Under the pieces are notes generated by a model. It saw only the letters and a list, made by a program, of their open reading frames with translations, had not been told where the DNA came from and made no database searches. A DNA stretch of 64,000 nucleotides from Balanoglossus misakiensis (Eukaryota; Animalia; Hemichordata). Below are positions 11,880-24,710 of the stretch, piece by piece (the first letter of the stretch is position 1; every line of letters begins with the position of its first letter). The DNA is taken from NCBI GenBank assembly GCA_040954595.2, contig CM082578.2:62001-126000 (forward strand), given 5' to 3'. The position numbers were made by a program, and so were the translations under genes.

Positions 11880-12987
11880 GTAAATTTCTTAATTATTTAG
11901 AGAATGATGAGTTACCAACTGATCAAAAGTTAGCTCGTAAATTTGTTAGTATGGCTCCAAATTATGACATTGTTGACGGGGTTTTGTATCATTTTTGGAA
12001 ACCCACGGGGAAATCAGCTAGTAAATTAGATTGTGTTAGACAGGTTGTGATACCTAAGTCCTTAAGAAATTATGTTCTGCGGTGGGCTCATGATTGTGTT
12101 TTAGCGGGACATTTGGGATACACTAAAACGTTGGGAGTTTTAAGACAGAGGTATTTTTGGGAAAGGATGCCCCGGGATGTTAATATGTACGTAAAGACAT
12201 GCGCACATTGTCACACACGAAAGAGAGCCACACCCCCTACTCATGCTAAGTTGTTATCAGGACCCTGGGACCGACTGGGTATGGATATTGTGGGACCCCT
12301 CCCTAGAACGTATGATGGTCATAAATACATCTTAGTACTTACTGATTACTTTACTAAATTTCCACTAGCATACCCATTACGTAATGCACGAGCTGAGACA
12401 GTCGCTAAGATCTTGTTTGATGAAGTAATTGCTACTTATGGCAGCCCCAGAGTTTTGCTGAGTGATCAGGGATCGAATTTTTTATCCCAAGTAGTTCGTG
12501 AAACTTGCAAATTTTTCAACATCCAGAGGAAAGTTTCGACCCCTTATCGTCCACAGACTAATGGCCTTACAGAGCGTTTCAATGGTTGCCTAGTCGACAT
12601 GCTGTCCATGTTTGTCGATAGTAAACAGAAAGATTGGGATCGGTACCTAAGTTCAGTGCTTTTCGCTTATAGAGTTAGCCCTCAAGAGTCCAGTGGGTTC
12701 AGTCCTTATTATCTGTTATATGGTCGGCATCCCACATTGCCCATGGATGTTGAATTCCAGCCAGTTGAGGGGAGGACAAGAAATATAGATACACACCTTA
12801 AACATTTAGCTGCTAAGAGGGAGATAGCTCATAAAATCGCCAAAGAGAATATAGATCGATATCAACAGAATATGAAGGACCGTTATGATCAAAATATCCA
12901 ACGGTCACAAAATCTAAAAGTGGGGGATCCTGTATATTTATACACACCTTCTGTTAAACCAGGAGTTAATAAGAAATTCATACATAA
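11855..12987 (+). pseudogene. Gypsy integrase (HHCC zinc finger plus DDE core), frameshifted relative to pol
   Basis: HDCVLAGHLG...CAHC; MDIVGPLP; SDQGSNF; YRPQTNGLTERFN. The upstream frame reads EQRKDNYLSKF, implying a frameshift at ~11853. Confidence 0.92.
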
Positions 12988-13545
12988 GGTCCTTACATTA
13001 TTTCTGAGAAGGTGGGTCTTGTTAATTATAAGTTGCGTTTCATAAATAGCACCAGGAATTATCGTAAAATCATACATGTAAATAGACTAAAAAGAGCTTA
13101 TTTGCGCCCCTCTGAGTTTGACTCATCCTCATCTGATGAGTCGTGTGAAGAAAACGATGTCCCAGAAACCACAAATTATGAAAATGGGACCGAAATATGT
13201 CAAAGTCCAGAAGCAGAAACATATGCAGAAAGAGACAATGGTTCTGATCAAATTGAGGGATTGAGAGATTTGTCGTCAAGGACAAATCCCAGTGCTTTCG
13301 ATGAAACTGACAACAATGGAAATTGTCAGACTAATGCTTCTGAGCCATTTTACGATATAGACAATGTGTTAAAGGGTCGATATAGAAATGGGAAATTACA
13401 GTATTTGGTTAAGTGGAAGAATTATTCAAACAAACATAATACTTGGGAGGATGAAGACAATTTGAATGAAACTGCGAAAGAGTATTTGATGAGAAATCCT
13501 GTAAAGATACAAGGGAAACAGGTTATAGCACATTTGCACATTTAA
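12988..13545 (+). pseudogene. Integrase C-terminus: GPY/F motif, acidic linker and chromodomain (second frameshift)
   Basis: ggtccttacattatttct at 12988 reads GPYIISEKVGLVNYKL...HVNRLK. FYDIDNVLKGRYRNGKLQYLVKWKNYSNKHNTWEDEDNL is a canonical chromodomain. Confidence 0.92.
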
Positions 13546-14551
13546 ATCTATGGACAGAGAAATATATGCGTAACAGAGAAAAAAAACGGAAAAGGGAGAC
13601 ACGTGGTTGATTGAAATGAATATTTGAATATGACTGAGAGGTATGAGTGTTGGCCGGCCTGTATGAGTGAGTGTACGATTGGCGTGTCCCTTGATTCGTT
13701 TAATGTTACGTATAAGTTGTCGAATGACATTTTATTATCCGTTGGTTGCTGAGTTTAGTTGTAAGTGCTGTGCAACCTGGTTCCCGTGTCACTCTGTTTA
13801 AATGTGTTAATGTATTTGAGTTGTAAAGAAATTACCAGTGAAGTTTGAAGTTGCAGAGATTTTAACATTGGAGAAAAATGTTGTGAGTTGAATTTGCCGT
13901 TCGTTTGATGACCTAAAAATAGATGGTCCAATTTGTGTAAATAGCCCCTTTTAATGGCTATGTGTTTGTATAAAGAAACCAAAGAAAATCCCATTTTCGA
14001 ATGAAGAAAATGCCATTTTCGAAGTTGTAAAGAGTGGATTTTTGACAAAACGCTAGGATGTTTCAGTTTTAATTTTTGAATTTGCCCGACATGACGTAAC
14101 TCGAGAATAAGGAATGTCGGATGATCGTTCGATGTAAAAGAATGCAAGAGTATTTCGTTTGAGTCAATAAGACAACAGATATTAAGATTGTGTTCTATGA
14201 TGGATACAACGTTTTATGGGTTTACAGAAGGAGTTGCGATTTTATTGTTTATATTAGTAGGTGGATAGGTGTGCGAAGGTTTTATGTGCACATACTATTT
14301 TAAGTTTATATGTACTTTTATTCTGTAGTAATTTTTGGATTGTAATTTTATATATTTTTAAGACGATCACTTCATAGACATGACTAGATTTTTTTTTCAA
14401 ATATTTTACTTCAATTTTGTTATATATATTGTACTCTTACATTTCAAAATCATACGGTACATCTTAATATACTCTTGGGATGGAACTGAACGATTACCCT
14501 TGGTGTACTGCTCTTTAAGAGATTTGTGTCCAATGCGGGACGCATTGGTTT

Positions 14552-14564
14552 AAAAGGAGGGGAG
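14552..14564 (+). promoter_or_regulatory. Polypurine tract of the Gypsy element
   Basis: aaaaggaggggag immediately precedes the 3' LTR; upstream is the hairpin ccaatgcg-gga-cgcattgg. Confidence 0.9.
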
Positions 14565-15093
14565 TGTTACGATCTGTATAAAGGTCAAATACGATTTCAA
14601 GGGTTAATTAAGCCAGAGCTCGGGAATGTCAATGTTTGATAGTATTTGATTTTATGTATTTGAAGTAGATAGGGAGAGCGGGTGTTTAACTGACTGCTCT
14701 GATTCTCAATCATCACCGAACTGACTTTGTTATATAACACTTTATGTAAATTGGTACGTATAGAGTTGACTGATGTCCAATGAAATTGTAACACATTGTA
14801 TTTGTGATATTTTACATTATTAACCACGCCTTGAGAAAAGTAATTCTAAGAGAACTTTGTTTCCAAAGTTAGGAAGAATAATCTAACGGGAGATGGGAGT
14901 ACCTCAGGCTACTGAGCTCGTTCCCTTCCTCATGTACTTTACTGGGCGTATTTGATGTACTATATAATTCCGGACAATAAATGAACGTGAATCAGATACG
15001 TGTCTCCGTGGATCACTGTTCTCGTCAGAGCCCGATACCTCATCGCTACAGATTCCCCGATGCATGAACAATCATGAGAAACCAGCCGTAATA
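14565..15093 (+). repeat. 3' LTR (529 bp)
   Basis: By eye it differs from the 5' LTR by 2 substitutions and a 1-bp indel in a C run. Confidence 0.95.
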
Positions 15094-18000
15094 CTACATC
15101 ATCAGATATCCAAATATGAAAAAATGATTTAGATTTTAGATGATTGTCCAAAATTAGCTGATATCTAATAAATGTAGTATTGAACCGTTCCATCCCCCCC
15201 ACCCCCCCCCCTTACATTATATGCGGTACGCCGATGTCAGCTTACCCGGCAGTACTGCAGGCCGTGCCCCCAACTAACATCGGTGTTGGAAACGCCCTGG
15301 TTAAATTCGGGCTTCCTCTATAAATTGACAGGCAATAATGCAGTCCTACCCAAACAAATGTCGAGTGTTGACCCGCTGTGACTTTCCCTCTTCGGTTTGC
15401 TCGACTTAGCCAACGTCTTTGTACTAGAGTGTCGGGTCTTTTGCAGAGCCAGGCCGAAGGAAATCCGACTTGATCACCGTTGCTAACGAACGCTAGTGTC
15501 TGTCATGGTGTGCCGGGGTTTTAGTCGAGCCAGGCCGTAGGAGATCTGACTTGATCAACGTGGTCAATGTACGCCTGTTTCCGCTCTAAAGTGCCGGGGC
15601 TTCAGCTAAACCAGGCCGTAGGAAATCCGACGTAATCACCGTTGATAACTTACGCCTGTCTGTGTCATATAGAGCCGGTGCACCAGCCGAGTCACGCCGT
15701 AGGAAATCTGACTTGATCAACGTGGTCAATGTACGCCTGTTTCTGCTCTAGAGTGCCGGGGCTTCAGCTGAGCCAGGCCGTAGGAAACCCGACGTGATTA
15801 CCGTTGTTAACTTACGCCAGTCTGTGTCCTATATATAGTGCCGGGGCATCAGCCGTGCCAGGCCGAAGGAAATGTGAGTAGATCAACGTGGTCTCTGTAC
15901 GCGTGTTTCTGCTCTAGAGTGCCAGGGCTTTAGCCAAGCCATGCCGTAGGAAATCTGACATGATCAACGTTGCTAACGAACGCTAGTGTCTGTCATAGTG
16001 TGCCGGGGTTTTAGTCGAGCCAAGCCGTAGGAGATCAGACTTGATCAACGTGGTCTCTGTACGCGTGTTTCTGCTCTAGAGTGCCGGGGCTTCAGCTGAG
16101 CCAGGCCGTAGGAAACCCGACGTGATTACCGTTGTTAACTTACGCCAGTCTGTGTCCTATATATAGTGCCGGGGCATCAGCCGTGCCAGGCCGAAGGAAA
16201 TGTGAGTAGATCAACGTGGTCTCTGTACGCGTGTTTCTGCTCTAGAGTGCCAGGGCTTTAGCCAAGCCATGCCGTAGGAAATCTCACTTGATCACCGTTG
16301 CTAACGTACGCTAGTGTCTGTCATTTTGTGACGGAGATTTAGCCGAGCCAGGCCGTAGAAAAATCGACTTGTTCAACGTTACCAGTGTGCAACTGTTTCT
16401 GCTCTAGAGTGTCAGGGTTTTAGCCGACTTATGCTGTAGGAAATCTGAGTTGATGAACGGGAATTCAATGTTAGAAAACCCGTGTGGAAAGTATCTCTAC
16501 CCGTTTGAAACTAAGAAAAGAATTTATTCTTATTTATTTTGTAAAAAAGACAATTTTTCGAAAAAAAGTTGAAAATGGTAATTTTGTCTTGGGTGATTCA
16601 AATTATACCACCTTTTCTGGAATTTGCAGCACTTTTTGCAAGAGAACGACACCTTATGCTCCATAATATTTCCGAAAATGAAGAAAAGAGTTAATTTTTT
16701 ATGATTTTTTAAAAATTTACCATTTTTGTCAAAATATGGCCAAAATGGCTATTTTTTCTTTAATTCCGTCAATATATCTGCATTTTTGGAGTGGTCGAAA
16801 GTTTTAACATACAATCAACATGTCATATATGATCAGGGCACCAAATTCGAAGAACAAAGGTTTTTTTTATTTTTTTTTCTTCTAAAAATGACATTTTCAA
16901 GGAAAATTTGGTAAAACGCAATTTTGTCTGCAGTGAGCCAAATTAGACGGTCTTTTGTGAAATTTGTATCGATATATACATACGAAGAGCATTCTATACT
17001 CCATCAGATTTCCGAAAATGTAGAAAACAGGTATTTTTTGTAATTTTCAAAAATTTACCATTTTGACCAAATTGTGGCTAAAATTGTTATTTTCGTGTTG
17101 AATGCCGCCAGTGTCACTGCTTTTAAAAGTCATCAAAACTTTTAACATACAAGCAATTGTTTATATATGATCAGGTCACCGAATTTATAAAATAAAGAAT
17201 GTTTTGCCTAAAAATGACCTTTTTGGTGCAAAAACGAATAAAACGCAATTTTGTATTAAATCAGCTCATTCAGAGTGCATTTTTTATAATCAGCACCATG
17301 TTTACATATAATGGAAATTTCATACATCATCAGATATCCAAATATGAAAAAATGATTTAGATTTTGGATGATTGTCCAAAATTAGCTGATATCTAACAAA
17401 TGTAGTATTGAACCGTTCTGTTCCCCCCCCCCCCCCTTACATTATATGCGGTACGCCGATGTCAGCTTACCCGGCAGTACTGTAGGCCGTGCCCCCAACA
17501 AACGTCGGTGTTTGAAACGCCCTGGTTAAATTCGGGCTCTCTCTTTAAATTGACAGGCAATAATGCAGTCCTACCGGAACAAATGTCAAGTTTTGAACCG
17601 CTGTGACTTTCCCTGTTCGGTTTGCCCGACTTAGCCAACGTCTTTGTACTAGAGTGTCGGGTCTTTTGCAGAGCCAGGCCGAAGGAAATCCGACTTGATC
17701 ACCGTTGCTAACGAACGCTAGTGTCTGTCATGGTGTGCCGGGGTTTTAGTCGAGCCAGGCCGTAGGAGATCTGACTTGATCATCGTGGTCAATGTACGCG
17801 TGTTTCCGCTCTAAAGTGCCGGGGCTTCAGCTAAACCTGGCCGTAGGAAATCCGACGTAGTCACCGTTGATAACTTACGCCAGTCTGTGTCATATAGAGC
17901 CGGTGCACCAGCCGAGTCACGCCGTAGGAAATCTGACTTGATCAACGTGGTCAATGTACGCCTGTTTCTGCTCTAGAGTGCCGGGGCTTCAGCTGAGCCA

Positions 18001-21000
18001 GGCCGTAGGAAACCCGACGTGATTACCGTTGTTAACTTACGCCAGTCTGTGTCCTATATATAGTGCCGGGGCATCAGCCGTGCCAGGCCGAAGGAAATGT
18101 GAGTAGATCAACGTGGTCTCTGTACGCGTGTTTCTGCTCTAGAGTGCCAGGGCTTTAGCCAAGCCATGCCGTAGGAAATCTGACTTGATCAACGTTGCTA
18201 ACGAACGCTAGTGTCTGTCATAGTGTGCCGGGGTTTTAGTCGAGCCAAGCCGTAGGAGATCAGACTTGATCAACGTGGTCTCTGTACGCGTGTTTCTGCT
18301 CTAGAGTGCCGGGGCTTTATCTAAGCCATGCCGTAGAAAATCTGACTTGATCACCGTTGCTAACGTACGCTAGTGTCTGTCATATTGTGACGGAGATTTA
18401 GCCGAGCCAGGCCATAGAAAAATCGACTTGTTCAACGTTACCAGTGTGCAACTGTTTCTGCTCTAGAGTGTCAGGGTTTTAGCCGACTTATGCTGTAGGA
18501 AATCTGAGTTGATGAACGGGAATTCAATGTTAGAAAACCCTTGTGGAAAGTATCTCTACCCGTTTGAAACTAAGAAAAGAATTTATTCTTATTTATTTTG
18601 TAAAAAAGACAATTTTTCGAAAAAAAGTCGAAAATGGTAATTTTGTCTTGGGTGATTCAAATTATACCGCCTTTTCTGGAATTCGCTGCACTTCTTACAA
18701 GAGAACGACACTTCATGCTCCATAATATTTCGGAAAATGAAGAAAAGAGTAATTTTTTTATGATTTTTTAAAAATTTACCATTTTTGTCAAAATATGGCC
18801 AAAATGGCTATTTTTTCTTTAATTCCGTCAATATATCTGCATTTTTGGAGTGGTCGAAAGTTTTAACATACAATCAACATGTCATATATGATCAGGGCAC
18901 CAAATTCGAAGAACAAAGGTTTTTTTATTTTTTTTTCTTCTAAAAGTGACATTTTCAAGGAAAATTTGGTAAAACGCAATTTTGCCTGCAGTGAGCCAAA
19001 TTAGACGGTCTTTTTTTTTAGAATTTGTATCGATATATACATACGAAGAGCATTCTATACTCCATCAGATTTCCGAAAATGTAGAAAACAGGTATTTTTT
19101 TGTAATTTTTAAAAATTTACCATTTTGACCAAATTGTGGCTAAAATTGTTATTTTCGTGTTGAATGCCGCCAGTGTCACTGCTTTTAAAAGTCATAAAAA
19201 CTTTTAACATACAAGCAATTGTTTATATATGATCAGGTCACCGAATTAAAAAAATAAAGAATGTTTTGCCTAAAAATGACCTTTTTGGTGCAAAAACGAA
19301 TAAAACGCAATTTTGTATTAAATCAGCTCATTCAGAGTGTATTTTTATAATCAGCACCATTTTTACATATAATGGAAATTTCATACATCATCAGATATCC
19401 AAATATGAAAAAATGAATTAGATTTAAGATGATTGTCCAAAATTAGCTGATATCTGATAAATGTAGTATTAAACCGTTCTGTTCCCCCCCCCCCCCTACA
19501 TTACATGCGGTACGCCGATGTCAGCTTACCCGGCAGTACTGCAGGCCGTGCCCCCAACTAACGTCGGTGTTTGAAACGCCCTGGTTAAATTCGAGCTTTC
19601 TCTATAAATTGACAGGCAATAATGCAGTCCTACCCGAACAAATGTCGAGTGTTGACCCGCTGTGACTTTCCCTCTTCGGTTTGCCCGACTTAGCCAACGT
19701 CTTTGTACTAGAGTGTCGGGTCTTTTGCAGAGCCAGGCCGAAGGAAATCAGACTTGATCACCGTTGCTAACGAACGCTAGTGTCTGTCATGGTGTGCCGG
19801 GGTTTTAGTCGAGCCAGGCCGTAGGAGATCTGAATTGATCATCGTGGTCAATGTACGCGTGTTTCCGCTCTAAAGTGCCGGGGCTTCAGCTAAACCAGGC
19901 CGTAGGAAATCCGACGTAATCACCGTTGATAACTTACGCTAGTCTGTGTCATATAGAGCCGGTGCACCTGCCGAGTCACGCCGTAGGAAATCTGACTTGA
20001 TCAACGTGGTCAATGTACGCCTGTTTCTGCTCTAGAGTGCCGGGGCTTCAGCTGAGCCAGGCCGTAGGAAACCCGACGTGATTACCGTTGTTAACTTACG
20101 CCAGTCTGTGTCCTATATATAGTGCCGGGGCATCAGCCGTGCCAGGCCGAAGGAAATGTGAGTAGATCAACGTGGTCTCTGTACGCGTGTTTCTGCTCTA
20201 TAGTGCCAGGGCTTTAGCCAAGCCATGCCGTAGGAAATCTGACTTGATCAACGTTGCTTACTAACGCTAGTGTCTGTCATAGTGTGCCGGGGTTTTAGTC
20301 GAGCCAAGCCGTAGGAGATCAGACTTGATCAACGTGCTCTGTGTACGCGTGTTTCTGCTCTAGAGTGCCGGGGCTTTATCCAAGCTATGCCGTAGAAAAT
20401 CTGACTTTATCACCGTTGCTAACGTACGCTAGTGTCTGTCATATTGTGACGGAGATTTAGCCGAGCCAGGCAGTAGAAAAATCGACTTGTTCAACGTTAC
20501 CAGTGTGCAACTGTTTCTGCTCTAGAGTGTCAGGGTTTTAGCCGACTTATGCTGTAGGAAATCTGAGTTGATGAACGGGAATTCAATGTTAGAAAACCCG
20601 TGTGGAAAGTATCTCTACCCGTTTGAAACTAAGAAAAGAATTTATTCTTATTTATTTTGTAAAAAAGACAATTTTTCGAAAACAAGTCGAAAATGGTAAT
20701 TTTGTCTTGGGTGATTTAAATTATACCGCCTTTTCTGGAATTTGCAGCACTTTTTACAAGAGAACGACACTTCATGCTCCATAATATTTCCGAAAAAATA
20801 AGAAAAGAGTTATTTTTTATGATTTTTTAAAAATTTACCATTTTGTCAAAATATGGCCAAAATGGCTATTTTTTCTTGAATTCCGTCAATATCTCTGCAT
20901 TTTTGGAGTGGTCGAAAGTCTTAACATACAATCAACATGTCATATATGATCAGGGCACCAAATTCGAAGAACAAAGGTTTTTTTATTTATTTTTTTCTAA

Positions 21001-23241
21001 AAATGACATTTTCAAGGAAAATTTGGTAAAACGCAATTTTGTCTGCAGTGAGCCAAATTAGACGGTCTTTTGTGGAATTTGTATCGATATATACATACGA
21101 AGAGCATTCTATACTCCATCAGATTTCCGAAAATGTAGAAAACAGGTATTTTTTGTAATTTTCAAAAATTTACCATTTTGACCAAATTGTGGCTAAAATT
21201 TTTATTTTCGTGTTGAATGCCGCCAGTGTCATTGCTTTTAAAAGTCATAAAAACTTTTAACATACAAGCAATTGTTTATATATGATCAGGTCACCGAATT
21301 AATAAAATAAAGAATGTTTTGCCTAAAAATGACCTTTTTGGTGCAAAAACGAATAAAACGCAATTTTGTATTAAATCAGCTCATTCAGAGTGCATTTTTT
21401 ATAATCAGCACCATGTTTACAAATAATGGAAATTTCATACATCATCAGATATCCAAATATGAAAAAATGATTTAGATTTTAGATGATTGTCCAAAATTAG
21501 CTGATATCTAATAAATGTAGTATTGAACCGTTCTGTTCCCCCCCCCCCCCTACATTATATGCGGTACGCCGATGTGAACTTACCCGGCAGTACTGCAGGC
21601 CGTGCCCCCAACTAACGTCGGTGTTTGAAGCGCCCTGGTTAAATTCGGGCTTTCTCTATAAATTGACAGGCAATAATGCAGTCCTACCCGAACAAATGTC
21701 GAGTGTTGACCCGCTGTGACTTTCCCTCTTCGGTTTGCCCGACTTAGCCAACGTCTTTGTACTAGAGTGTCGGGTCTTTTGCAGAGCCAGGCCGAAGGAA
21801 ATCCGACTTGATCACCGTTGCTAACGAACGCTAGTGTCTGTCATGGTGTGCCGGGGTTTTAGTCGAGCCAGGCCGTAGGAGATCTGACTTGATCATCGTG
21901 GTCAATGTACGCGTGTTTCCGCTCTAAAGTGCCGGGCCTTCAGCTAAACCAGGCCGTAGGAAATCCGACGTAATCACCATTGATAACTTACGCCAGTCTG
22001 TGTCATATAGAGCCGGTGCACCAGCCGAGTCACGCCATAGGAAATCTGACTTGATCAACGTGGTCAATGTACGCATGATTCTGCTCTAGAGTGCCGGGGC
22101 TTCAGCTGAGCCAGGCCGTAGGAAACCCGACGTGATTACCGTTGTTAACTTACGCCAGTCTGTGTCCTATATATAGTGCCGGGGCATCAGCCGTGCCAGG
22201 CCGAAGGAAATGTGAGTAGATCAACGTGGTCTCTGTACGCGTGTTTCTGCTCTAGAGTGCCAGGGCCAAGCCATGCCGTAGGAAATCTGACTTAATCAAC
22301 GTTGCTAACGAACGCTAGTGTCTGTCATAGTGTGCCGGGGTTTCAGTCGAGCCAAGCCGTAGGAGATCAGACTTGATCAACGTGGTCTCTGTACGCGTTT
22401 TTCTGCTCTAGAGTGCCGGGGCTTTATCCAAGCCATGCCGTAGAAAATCTGACTTGATCACCGTTGCTAACGTACGCTAGTGTCTGTCATATTGTGACGG
22501 ACATTTAGCGGAGCCAGGCCGTAGAAAAATCGACTTGTTCAACGTTACCAGTGTGCAACTGTTTCTGCTCTAGAGTGTCAGGGTTTTAGCCGACTTATGC
22601 TGTAGGAAATCTGAGTTGATGAACGGGAATTCAATGTTAGAAAACCCGTGTGGAAAGTATCTCTACCCGTTTGAAACTAAGAAAAGAATTTATTCTTATT
22701 TATTTTGTTAAAAAGACAATTTTTCGAAAAAAAGTTGAAAATGGTAATTTTGTCTTGGGTGATTCAAATTATACCGCCTTTTCTGGAATTTGCAGCACTT
22801 TTTGCAAGAGAACGACACTTCATGCTCCATAATATTTCCGAAAATGAAGAAAAGAGTTAATTTTTTATGATTTTTTAAAAATTTACCATTTTTGTCAAAA
22901 TATGGTCAAAATGGCTATTTTTTCTTGAATTCCGTCAATATATCTGCATTTTTGGAGTGGTCGAAAGTTTTAACATACAATCAACATGTCATATATGATC
23001 AGGGCACCAAATTCGAAGAACAAAGGTTTTTTTATTTATTTTTTTCTAAAAATGACATTTTCAAGGAAAATTTGGTAAAACGCAATTTTGTCTGCAGTGA
23101 GCCAAATTAGACGGTCTTTTGTGGAATTTGTATCGATATATACATACGAAGAGCATTCTATACTCCATCAGATTTCCGAAAATGTAGAAAACAGGTATTT
23201 TTTGTAATTTTCAAAAATTTACAATTTTGACCAAATTGTGG
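15094..23241 (+). repeat. Composite satellite, ~4 units
   Basis: Marker ORFs recur at 16484, 18543, 20602 and 22650 (period 2048-2059 bp). Confidence 0.97.
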
Positions 23242-24710
23242 GGAAGTATCGTGGCAGTGATCAATACTCCCGGGAGGGGGTTCGAGTATACTGACGTCGG
23301 AAAAGAAGCGAACGATTCAGTGCTAGGTAAAACACTGGTTTTTAACTTACGCCAGTCTGTGTCCTATATATAGTGCCGGGGCATCTGAATCCAACAACAA
23401 AGTAACACCACAGAGCTCCTTAGAAAATGCTGCCCGAAAGCGCCAAAACTGGGTTATATATAAGTCCCACGAACGCCGGAGCAAACACTCAAAAATTACA
23501 ATAAATCTGCTACAAGTATAAAGTTTGGCGGGAAACAAAGTCAACTCTGATAGGGTAAGAGTTTCCGTCACGTGATCCTTCTGGAGTAAATCTCTCACTT
23601 CTCCATATTCTCCCCCGCGCAAAGGAAAGTCTCGAAAATCGTCAGAAAAAAAAAACATCAAATAACATGAAATATGATTAAAGTCACCTAAAGTGTTCAA
23701 GGATAATAAACTAATGTTCATTGTGTCAGTAAACATGATAACAGTCACAATGCGATCGAAATTGTTTTCCAATTTCAAAGTCAAATAGAGAGATCCGCTA
23801 TTCGTACTCGAGCGGCAACTGCAGAGTCTCTGACAGGTCGTCTCGGGGGTACAACATCCGCCTTCACCGAGGAATCTTCAGAGGCTCCAGCTGTGTCGAC
23901 TGTTTCAGTATTCGTGTTTGAATCTGCTCCAATACCTGTATTATCTCCAGACACAGTTGACAGCTCCTTGGAGACAACTTCCAATGGGTACAATTTATGG
24001 ATAGGTCGGTTTGTAGGACCACCTGCGGTGTTCAACTCCGCAGATCGTACCAGTTTATCATTACCGAAGATCAACCTTGTTACAGTTCCTAAATGCCATT
24101 TCGGACGTTTGTCAGTGTCACTGTGTATTATCACGACATCTCCGACCTTGATGACATTATCACGAGTTCCTTTGGTGGGATGTCGTTCACGTAGGGCAGT
24201 CAGATAATCGGACGACCATCTTCGCCAAAATTGATCGTGTAATCTTGATAGATGTTCATATCTTCTGTTGATTTCACGATTATCACAGTAAGATGGGTCA
24301 ATCACCTCTTCGTCGGTGATCTCGATGTACGGCAATGATGTCAGTGTCCTGCCATGTAGCAAGTGATTTGGGGTCAATCCAATGTTGTCGTTTATACTGG
24401 ATGACACGTACGTTAACGGCCTGTCGTTTAAAACGGCTTCAATTTCAGTCACAACTGTTGCGAGTTCATCAAAGGTTAGGTTAGCTCGACCGAGAGTTTT
24501 CCTAATAGCGTTCTTTGTCAAAGCAATCAGCCTCTCCCAGAAGCCACCAAACCAGGTCGCGCGCTTCGGTATAAACGTCCATTGTACACGATGTGCGGCG
24601 AGAAAGTCATTTACTTCTGGCGTATCAAACAGTGTTTTGATTTCATTGGCAGCCGATAAATAAGTCGATGCGTTGTCTGACAGCATCCTACTCGGCAAAG
24701 AACGTCTCGC
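23242..24710 (-). mobile_element. BEL/Pao LTR retrotransposon fragment (3' half of integrase, 3' UTR, PPT, partial LTR)
   Basis: SDNAS, WFGGFWERLI, EAVLNDRPLT, LTPNHLL, FWRRWSSDYL, GDVVII and RPIHKLYPLE are BEL/Pao integrase and C-terminal motifs. PPT gcgggggagaa at ~23618-23608. Confidence 0.92.
23781..24710 (-). pseudogene. 5'-truncated BEL/Pao integrase
   Basis: The ORF 23781..24698 extends upstream as ARRSLPSRMLSDNA up to the satellite junction. Confidence 0.9.

Larger units (their letters stand above)
7791..15093 (+). mobile_element. Full-length Ty3/Gypsy LTR retrotransposon with chromodomain-bearing integrase
   Basis: Two near-identical LTRs, PBS, PPT and gag-PR-RT-RH-INT-CHD domain order. 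4-bp TSD ctac at 7787-7790 and 15094-15097. Satellite resumes in register on both sides. Confidence 0.97.

Noticed and set aside
13546-14550. env-like or antisense gene in the Gypsy 3' region (ORF 13755..14147)
   Set aside because: No long sense ORF, signal peptide or transmembrane pattern; it looks like an AT-rich 3' UTR.
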